From the IMG/VR virus record IMGVR_UViG_3300020182_000190, positions 1 to 24,183 of that record: a stretch of DNA of 24,183 nt, one strand, 5' to 3'. A program made the position numbers and the translations under genes. The stretch's first letter is position 1. Each line of letters opens with the position of its first letter. Below the pieces are notes generated by a model that saw nothing but the letters and a program-made list of their open reading frames with translations, was not told the DNA's origin and made no database searches. The DNA is from a virus (Duplodnaviria; Caudoviricetes). Below, one piece after another: positions 16,963 to 24,183 of the stretch.

Positions 16963-19900
16963 ATGGCAGATGAAATAAAATATTACTTTAAAGAAACAAC
17001 AAATCAAGTATTTGTTTCTGGTTCATCCACAACAAGTGGTATGAATACATTACTTACCTCCCCTAAGAATAATCCTATAGTTAATGGTAACACTACAGCT
17101 AAGATTTCTTCTTTAGGAGCTAATCTTACATACCTTGTTCAAAATGGGGCAGATGATACTACAGAAATAACCATAGCAGATAATCAAGAACTATGGGTAT
17201 ATAGAGGATGGCAACCCGCAAATACTGAGGATGCTAATGCTTATAGATATAATCCACACCTTCACAGACCATATAAAGCATATATGTTAACTGAAACAGG
17301 ATCTGGAACTTCTGCTTCTCCATTTTTACCAACTGGTTTTCCTTTATATTCTAATGTTCCATTTAATACTGGAAACATTTTTGATATAGTAGATAAGTAT
17401 GATGAAAGAGTATTAGGTTCAAATGGTAATATTAGTACTCAAGAAAGAGTAAATAGTATAGTAGCTTTTAGTGGAAGTTTTACTGTAGAAAATGAAAATA
17501 GAGGAGTACAACCTTATGTGTTTACAAGATACGGTTCACTTCCAACACCTCCAGGATCTGGAGCTACTATTGAAGTTAAAGATTCTACTCAAGCTGTAGT
17601 AGCAACTTTAGTTCAATCTCAAACAGCAACTGGTTTTCCAACTGTTCCTGTATCAAGTGGTAACTTAACTAATGGAGAATATACTTTTACAAGTAGTATT
17701 TTCAACGTACCAACTCCTTCAGCTATAGGAGCTTCTCAGTTTGGTTTATACTGTGAATATGATGATTTTGTAGAATATGAAGCTAGTAACTTAAGTACTA
17801 CTACAGTTAGAGTAACATATACCTCTTCAGATGAGTTTTTAACACCAGTATATTTTGATTTACCACAAGATAAAAAAGTTACATATACAGCACTAGTTGG
17901 AACTCCAAGTTTTACACCTGTAGCTAACTTTACTAATACCATTACTAACCCATCTGCTACCTCTACTGGTACAGTACAAAATATATTTTCAACTAGAGTA
18001 AATGATGTTTATATATCATATTCATCTTCACTGTCTGAATCTATTGATGGATTATATATTTTTAATCAAATACCACAATCTGATGTTCAAGTAACAGTTT
18101 CTATGTTTTTAACATCATGGACAGGAGTAGAATCAGGATTTCAATATGGAGATACTAATACAACTTATTCTATTTCTCCTAATGAACCCCATTATGGTTT
18201 TGATACTGATGGAGGAGAACCTACTTTTCAAACAGCTTCTATTTTAATATACACTGGTAGTTACCCTTCTGCTGTACCAACTACATTAGATGATGCTTAT
18301 GTTATATCTTCTTTCTCATCTTCTTTAATACATGAAGGGTTAGCAGTTACAATGAGTACTTTAATACCTAAAGATTCATTATCTTTAAAAGATTGTCTAT
18401 CAGTTGCTTTATCAGTATCATCTGGTTCAGCAAATTCTGCTTCAGTAGAACAAGCACTAGTAATACAAACATATGAGTTAGAATTTAATACTCCATCAGC
18501 TGAAGAAACTGGAGATGGTAAAGTACCCGTATTCATAGAAAATGCATTTGGTGGTACTGATGGGTTTGCTAATGCTGTTGATTGTCAACCTCTATATAAT
18601 CTTATAGTTACAGATGATACTTTAAGAAGAAATCCACTTATACAAGAGGTAGAATATAATATACCAGAAAGTTTTTTATTAGAAGTAGGTCAAAGTTTAT
18701 TATCATCTCAAGCTCCATTCAATCCATTAACTACTTACACCCCGTTTGATTCTTTTATATATAATTCAAGTGTAAGTGTTACTACTGTGGGGCAATTTTA
18801 TTTTAATAATAATGCTAATCAAGTTAGTTCCACTATAGTCGAAATAAACAATGCATATTACCCAGAAGGGGTTGTAGATAATAGTAATACAGTACTTATT
18901 ACTAATATTTTTGATATTTGGGCAAATTCTACGGATAAAAAAATTAAATTTTTTGCCCCTAATGATCCCGTTGATCAAAATGATTATTTACAGTTTGATC
19001 TTAGTAATAATCCTACTTATTCCCCCCATATAAATGGGTATGGAATATATAGCATACCAATAACTAATGGTACTACAACAGTGGGAGTTTCACCATTTAA
19101 TCCAACTAATCTTTCTTCAGTAGAATTTATTTCTGGTAAGGTTATGACAGATGGAGCTAATATAATAGTTAGTCAAGTTCCTTTATCTAATGGCACATTA
19201 CAAATTACAACTACAGGTACAGGAACAGATTTAGAATTAGATATTACTTCTATAGACTCAGGAGCTGGTCTTAGTATTATAGTTAGCAGTCCAGGTAGAG
19301 GACATAAAAATGGGGATTTACTTACTATACCACAATCAGTATTAACTCCTGTTTTTGGGAATGCTATTGTTAGAGATTTACAAATAACTTTAAGTTTTAC
19401 TTATGGTTTATACAATCCCTCTAACTTTAAAGCAATAAAAAATAATACAGCTATTAAATCTACAGTACCAGAATCTTTTTATACTCAAAACTCATCTATT
19501 ATTCCTAGATATGATGGAGCTAAATCATCAGCTAATTTTGTTAATAGTATTGATGGTTTAGTAGGGGGATTTGGAAGAGTACCTGTTATTGATTATAAAA
19601 CAGCTTATTTTGCTTATTGTGATCAAGTTATAGATTTATACCCTGTTATTAACAATAAAACTTTATTTAATGTAAAGTATTTAATTAATGAAGGTGGGGA
19701 TGCTAAACAACCTAATCTCTCTCCTTATACAGCTTTTGATATACAAGGAAGTTGGCAAGCAGATGGAGTTGCTAGAATAGGTGTAAACCAATCTTCTGGT
19801 TCAACCCAATATGATGTTTTAAATAATATACAATCTGTGTATGAGGTAACAAAATTACCTTCTCCATATTTGTATTCTCAAACAGGTGCATCAACTTTCT

Positions 19901-21798
19901 CAACATGGATTCCATTAGGATCAGATACATATAATGTAGCCTCTAATGATGATGAATTTATGAATTATAGTATGGGTATAGCTGGTGCCCCTTATTCTGA
20001 AGATAATAATGAAATAAATATAAATTTACCTAACTTAGTAAGTGGTTCTAATAATCGTACTATGCCAACTAATTATACAGTTAATTATGAGGCTAGATAT
20101 GGTTTTTCAGGTAGTAACCCTGGAGGATCTGTTCCTACAGTATATGCTTCATCTTCTATTATAACTGCATCAGCAGCAGCCCCTCTCCCATCAATTTACG
20201 CCTTACCTGGAGAAGTATTTTTTAACCAAGATCAATTTGCTTATGATAATGATAATACCCCAGCAAGAAGTAGTCTTCAACCTAAAGGTAATCAGTTATC
20301 TGATAATTATATTATTAACTTGGATGCTGAATTTCCTTCTACTCCTCCACACTATATTAGAACAAGTCCTTTTGGTGATAAAACCACTAGGACAAATGGA
20401 AAAGATGAAGGTCAATCAGTTGGTAGTATATTAATACAATTAAAATCCAAGGATATGAGCTTAGGAGATGTCGCAAATCAGGACTATGCAACAGATACAG
20501 GATGGAATAATGAAAAACTCTATGATAAGGATTTAGAAGCTATAATATCTATAAACTATGGTTCAAATACCAATATAGAAATAGATTTAAAAGAGGTAAA
20601 ATATAAGGGTAACAAAAGTGTTGAATTTTTAACTGGTAATAAAGGTATACAAATTAACGTAATGCCACAATCCATACATAAAATATTAGTTGATAATTAT
20701 GGTTCAAGTAAAGGAATTTCTTCTAAAGGAGAAAGTATAACAAAATTTAATAGTACTAGTGCTCTATACGCTAAATTTATAATAAGATTAAAAACTGATA
20801 TTACCTTAATAGCTAATAGAAGATATAGATGGGCAGTTACCCAAGAATACCAACCAGTTGGGAGTAATCAAGGCGACAAGTCTCCTGTCAATTTGTGGAA
20901 TCCTACTACTACTGGTATTAACTATGTTAATGGTAGTTATGAACTTCTTAATCCTCCAATTAATGGACCTTTTGTTAAAATGACTATTGAAGGTAAAAAA
21001 ACTCCTTCTGTACCTACAGATTATGACCCATTTACAGATACAAAGAATTTTATAGCACCATTTTGGGAATTTAAATATCCAAAACCATATGATCCTGATG
21101 TTACTCCAATTCCCTTTGATATGGAACCTAGTGCTAGTGAAACTACTCTTACATTAGTATCTAATGTAGGGAATTCTTCATATGGTACTGGCGATATTAT
21201 GGGTGAATTAAATTATACAGCATCAGCAAACGAGAGATTTCCTGGAGGATTAGAACCAGCTGATTCTGCTTTTCCATTTACAGGTATACCTTGGTCTGTT
21301 ATAAGACCAGGAGATATATTTACTCCAGGAGGTAGTAGTTATGATGAAATAAGGTTTGAAAACAATGAATCATTTTCTTATAAAATTTTAAATTACCTAA
21401 CACCAAAAGAAAATAGTGGGAAATTACAAATAACATTAGATGGTGTAGCAGAGCGTTCTGTTAATATAGATTTCTTTTTATTAAGAAGGTACGTTTATTC
21501 TCCTAATACAATTTTAATAAATAGAGAATTTCCATATGGTTCTTTGCCTGTTACTAAAGAGTTTATACCTTCTACCAACGTTGATTTAGTAAATGAAGCA
21601 AATAAAACTGGAGATTTAGCTACTGGTTCACTTTCTACATCATCACAATCAGGAAGTATAGTAACTATATATAAACCTTTAACTAAAGCAGATAATACAC
21701 CTTCAGGTATAATATTTCCTGAGTTTCCAACAGAACTAATTGATTTAAATCCTGATGAAGTAATAATTAATTTAAGAGATAAGAAACTAATAGAGTAA
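16963..21798 (+). CDS. Giant virion structural protein (baseplate/fibre-like)
   Basis: 1611 aa, S/T/N/G/P-rich and beta-prone; inside the baseplate module. Confidence 0.65.
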   Translation: MADEIKYYFKETTNQVFVSGSSTTSGMNTLLTSPKNNPIVNGNTTAKISSLGANLTYLVQNGADDTTEITIADNQELWVYRGWQPANTEDANAYRYNPHLHRPYKAYMLTETGSGTSASPFLPTGFPLYSNVPFNTGNIFDIVDKYDERVLGSNGNISTQERVNSIVAFSGSFTVENENRGVQPYVFTRYGSLPTPPGSGATIEVKDSTQAVVATLVQSQTATGFPTVPVSSGNLTNGEYTFTSSIFNVPTPSAIGASQFGLYCEYDDFVEYEASNLSTTTVRVTYTSSDEFLTPVYFDLPQDKKVTYTALVGTPSFTPVANFTNTITNPSATSTGTVQNIFSTRVNDVYISYSSSLSESIDGLYIFNQIPQSDVQVTVSMFLTSWTGVESGFQYGDTNTTYSISPNEPHYGFDTDGGEPTFQTASILIYTGSYPSAVPTTLDDAYVISSFSSSLIHEGLAVTMSTLIPKDSLSLKDCLSVALSVSSGSANSASVEQALVIQTYELEFNTPSAEETGDGKVPVFIENAFGGTDGFANAVDCQPLYNLIVTDDTLRRNPLIQEVEYNIPESFLLEVGQSLLSSQAPFNPLTTYTPFDSFIYNSSVSVTTVGQFYFNNNANQVSSTIVEINNAYYPEGVVDNSNTVLITNIFDIWANSTDKKIKFFAPNDPVDQNDYLQFDLSNNPTYSPHINGYGIYSIPITNGTTTVGVSPFNPTNLSSVEFISGKVMTDGANIIVSQVPLSNGTLQITTTGTGTDLELDITSIDSGAGLSIIVSSPGRGHKNGDLLTIPQSVLTPVFGNAIVRDLQITLSFTYGLYNPSNFKAIKNNTAIKSTVPESFYTQNSSIIPRYDGAKSSANFVNSIDGLVGGFGRVPVIDYKTAYFAYCDQVIDLYPVINNKTLFNVKYLINEGGDAKQPNLSPYTAFDIQGSWQADGVARIGVNQSSGSTQYDVLNNIQSVYEVTKLPSPYLYSQTGASTFSTWIPLGSDTYNVASNDDEFMNYSMGIAGAPYSEDNNEININLPNLVSGSNNRTMPTNYTVNYEARYGFSGSNPGGSVPTVYASSSIITASAAAPLPSIYALPGEVFFNQDQFAYDNDNTPARSSLQPKGNQLSDNYIINLDAEFPSTPPHYIRTSPFGDKTTRTNGKDEGQSVGSILIQLKSKDMSLGDVANQDYATDTGWNNEKLYDKDLEAIISINYGSNTNIEIDLKEVKYKGNKSVEFLTGNKGIQINVMPQSIHKILVDNYGSSKGISSKGESITKFNSTSALYAKFIIRLKTDITLIANRRYRWAVTQEYQPVGSNQGDKSPVNLWNPTTTGINYVNGSYELLNPPINGPFVKMTIEGKKTPSVPTDYDPFTDTKNFIAPFWEFKYPKPYDPDVTPIPFDMEPSASETTLTLVSNVGNSSYGTGDIMGELNYTASANERFPGGLEPADSAFPFTGIPWSVIRPGDIFTPGGSSYDEIRFENNESFSYKILNYLTPKENSGKLQITLDGVAERSVNIDFFLLRRYVYSPNTILINREFPYGSLPVTKEFIPSTNVDLVNEANKTGDLATGSLSTSSQSGSIVTIYKPLTKADNTPSGIIFPEFPTELIDLNPDEVIINLRDKKLIE

Positions 21799-21799
21799 C

Positions 21800-21809
21800 A
21801 TATTTATAA
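21800..21809 (+). promoter_or_regulatory. Putative late promoter ATATTTATAA
   Basis: Intergenic; ends 30 nt before ATG 21840. Confidence 0.6.
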
Positions 21810-21839
21810 CATATAACCACACTTATATAAAAAACAAAA

Positions 21840-22505
21840 ATGGGATATTTAAATAACAGCGTCATTACAGTAGATGCTATCTTAACTACAAAAGGAAGAC
21901 AAGCATTAGCAGCTAATGATGGTTCCTTTAGAATAACACAATTTGCTTTAGCGGATGATGAAATTGATTATATGCTTTATAATCCTTCACATCCCTCAGG
22001 TTCTGCATTTTATGGTCAAGCCATAGATGGTATGCCTTTATTAGAAGCATTTCCTGAGGAATCTCAAATAATGAAATTTAAGTTAGCTACTTTGCCTAGA
22101 GGTACAGCAAAGCTACCTGTATTGAATGTAGGATATACTTCAATTACATTACAACAAGGAGCTACAATAGCTATTACTCCTCAAACTTTAAATTACTTAG
22201 GTAATGATCAAGTTTTTGAAACAGCTGGATATAGTGCAACTATAGCAGATGTAAGATTGATGAGCACATTTACAGCAACTGGTATTAATACTGATGCTGC
22301 TGCAGCCGCTAATGCAACTGCAACAACTACTATAGGAACTAATGTTTCCTCTACAGTAACAGGAACTCAAATATCTCTTAGAGCAACTACAGTTAATACA
22401 CTATTTGGTTCTAATGCCACTTTAGTAAGTACATTAACCATAGTAGGATTGGATAGTGGAGCTAGAATAACTGTTCCTATAACAGTAACCAAATCAACAA
22501 CATAA
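21840..22505 (+). CDS. Virion structural protein; N-terminus resembles the first half of the tail-collar fibre (DUF3751) domain
   Basis: AILTTKGRQALA....FRITQFALADDE; Ig-like C-terminus. Confidence 0.55.
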   Translation: MGYLNNSVITVDAILTTKGRQALAANDGSFRITQFALADDEIDYMLYNPSHPSGSAFYGQAIDGMPLLEAFPEESQIMKFKLATLPRGTAKLPVLNVGYTSITLQQGATIAITPQTLNYLGNDQVFETAGYSATIADVRLMSTFTATGINTDAAAAANATATTTIGTNVSSTVTGTQISLRATTVNTLFGSNATLVSTLTIVGLDSGARITVPITVTKSTT

Positions 22506-22516
22506 AATAAATAATA

Positions 22517-23566
22517 ATGGGATTTAAAAGATTAGAAGCAGATGATTTTGTAGTAAGTGCACAAGCACAAACTGCTACCTGTTGGAGCAATAATGTTCCA
22601 GCATTAACTACCTTCTTTACACAATCAAGTCAAACTAATGGATCTTCAGGTACTTACTATACAACTGTATTTAATAATTCTGGAGATGATGCCGCCGCAC
22701 CTGCTGTGGCACAATTTGAGGTAGCATATGGTAATGAAACAGGAGGAGGAGCTTTAGCTTATAATGAAACTGCTAATCCTGGTGTTTCTCCAACTTCAAC
22801 AATATATGGTCAATATAGAACATTAGTTTTAGAAGATGAAAATGCTGGGTTTGTATTTGGTGGTGTTTCTGGTAGTTCTATTTATGTTTTAAGTATTGAA
22901 AGAGCAGCTTACAAACAAGCATTATTTCCTGGTTCACTAAATCTAATCTTAAGTGGTTCAGTTGGATCTGGAAATTCTATAGTTTTAACAGATAACTCTC
23001 AAATGGTTACTGTACCTGATTATTATGGTACTACAAGAGCATATCAAATAATAAGTGGATCAGATGGTGTAGCTTGGAACAGTGCAGGAGGAGGAAATGG
23101 TTATACTACCTCTAATGGTTCTTATGGTTTATTTCTTCCCGATATTGGTACTATACTATTAAATGGTGATGCATTAGATTTAAATGATGTTCAAGGAATA
23201 AACTTAGGAACAGTTCAAACAAGTAATACAGAAGGAGGAAATAACGAAAAAATATACCAAGCAATTTCAGGATCAGGTGTTTTATCTCCTAGTTTTGGTC
23301 TTAATTCTGAAGAAACAATAACTTCAGATTTTGTATTTGTTAGAGCAAGAAACAGTGAGTTTAATTATTCAACTAACCCTTCATATATTTCTGGATCAAC
23401 TGGAGAAGTAGCTTATAACTATTTTATTAATAATCCTCAAACCTATATGACAACAGTAGGATTATATAATGATGAAAATGACTTATTAGCGGTAGCAAAG
23501 TTATCAAAACCATTAAACAAAGATTTTACTAAAGAAGCACTTATAAGAGTTAAATTAGATTTTTAA
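22517..23566 (+). CDS. Virion structural protein; C-terminus resembles the second half of the tail-collar fibre domain
   Basis: YMTTVGLYNDENDLLAVAKLSKPLNK...IRVKLDF. Confidence 0.55.
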   Translation: MGFKRLEADDFVVSAQAQTATCWSNNVPALTTFFTQSSQTNGSSGTYYTTVFNNSGDDAAAPAVAQFEVAYGNETGGGALAYNETANPGVSPTSTIYGQYRTLVLEDENAGFVFGGVSGSSIYVLSIERAAYKQALFPGSLNLILSGSVGSGNSIVLTDNSQMVTVPDYYGTTRAYQIISGSDGVAWNSAGGGNGYTTSNGSYGLFLPDIGTILLNGDALDLNDVQGINLGTVQTSNTEGGNNEKIYQAISGSGVLSPSFGLNSEETITSDFVFVRARNSEFNYSTNPSYISGSTGEVAYNYFINNPQTYMTTVGLYNDENDLLAVAKLSKPLNKDFTKEALIRVKLDF

Positions 23567-23570
23567 ATAA

Positions 23571-24183
23571 ATGGCAGCCTATAAGCAGTTTAATTCACAG
23601 GATATTATAATATCCCCATTGGAACTGACAAAAGGGTTTAGTTTTGTGGGTAGTAGTTCTTTAACTGCCTCAAATGTCAATATAAGTAGATATTTAGGTA
23701 ATCAAGATAATACAACAGAATCAACAGGATATAATAACTTTGTATCCCAATCTGCTATATATTATTCAATACAGCAACTGTATTATTCTAATTATATTTC
23801 CGGTAGTGACGGTGAGGTACAGCAAGCAAACACACAATCCATAAACCCCGACGGTACAACAACTGGATTGGTTGCTTCCAACGGATACTACAACTACCCA
23901 CAAACGGATTTAAATCCTAAAAAATATTGGCCTACTGGTTCTAATGAATCTATAGGTGTAATGTCTGTTCCTAAAGCAATGTTTGGTGATTATATATTAC
24001 CTAACTCTATTTTAATAGAAACAGATAGTGGTAGTTATTTCGATGATGGTGAAGGTAGATTAAAAATGAATACCCCCCTACAATCACCCTCCAGCTCAAT
24101 TTTTGTTGGAAATATAACATATGATCATGGAATAATAGTTTTTACTGGGGGAACAAGATTAGAAAATACCGGATCAACAGGAA
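23571..24183 (+). CDS. Virion structural protein (partial), probable paralog of 22517-23566
   Basis: Open frame to the window end, not in the ORF track: MAAYKQFNSQDIIISP...SIGVMSVPKAMFGDYILPNSI...YFDDGEGRL...VGNITYDHGIIVFT. Confidence 0.8.
   Translation, partial: MAAYKQFNSQDIIISPLELTKGFSFVGSSSLTASNVNISRYLGNQDNTTESTGYNNFVSQSAIYYSIQQLYYSNYISGSDGEVQQANTQSINPDGTTTGLVASNGYYNYPQTDLNPKKYWPTGSNESIGVMSVPKAMFGDYILPNSILIETDSGSYFDDGEGRLKMNTPLQSPSSSIFVGNITYDHGIIVFTGGTRLENTGSTG

Larger units (their letters stand above)
1..24183. mobile_element. Fragment of a large myovirus-type phage genome (regulatory genes plus baseplate module), probable Bacteroidota host
   Basis: gp25-like, gp6/J-like and spike-like genes; phage-type sigma factor; tight co-directional packing; no cellular housekeeping operons. 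Confidence 0.9.

Noticed and set aside
2367-20434. Short (60-83 aa) antisense or alternate-frame ORFs nested in long genes
   Set aside because: No recognisable motifs; expected shadows of biased codon usage
11312-21798. Inteins, introns, DGR target repeats or CRISPR-like arrays in the giant genes
   Set aside because: No intein termini, homing-endonuclease motifs, long near-identical repeats or regular repeat-spacer pattern seen by eye
1-24183. Stop-codon reassignment (seen in some Bacteroidota phages)
   Set aside because: Full coding density under the standard code with unbroken multi-kb ORFs; genes end mostly in TAA, one in TGA. TAG usage is uninformative here.
1-24183. Bacterial extracellular contractile injection system or T6SS locus
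   Set aside because: No AAA+ ATPase or Tss membrane genes visible; the T4 gp6-sized wedge and phage-type sigma favour a phage

Overview
AT-rich, gene-dense fragment of a large tailed (myovirus-type) phage genome, probably infecting a Bacteroidota host. The host call rests on no obvious Shine-Dalgarno sites, A-rich leaders, -33/-7-like promoters and a SusC-like CarboxypepD_reg domain. The left ~3.7 kb is non-structural: a partial minus-strand thioredoxin missed by the ORF track, a Cys-rich lipoprotein, a UVR-motif protein, a YhaM-like HD hydrolase and a gp55/sigma70-region-2-like sigma factor. The rest is a co-directional baseplate/tail module: spike-like, gp25-like, gp6/J-like, DNRLRE-like, two giant wedge/fibre proteins and three tail-collar-like proteins. 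Best leads: two promoter classes (GTG-N20-TAnnTT, three copies; intergenic ATATTTATAA, four copies, containing the reverse complement of the T4 late promoter), an apparently split tail-collar domain, a ~45-aa module shared by three virion proteins, and [S/T]-[G/A/S]-S enrichment. All family assignments come from reading motifs by eye, not from database searches.
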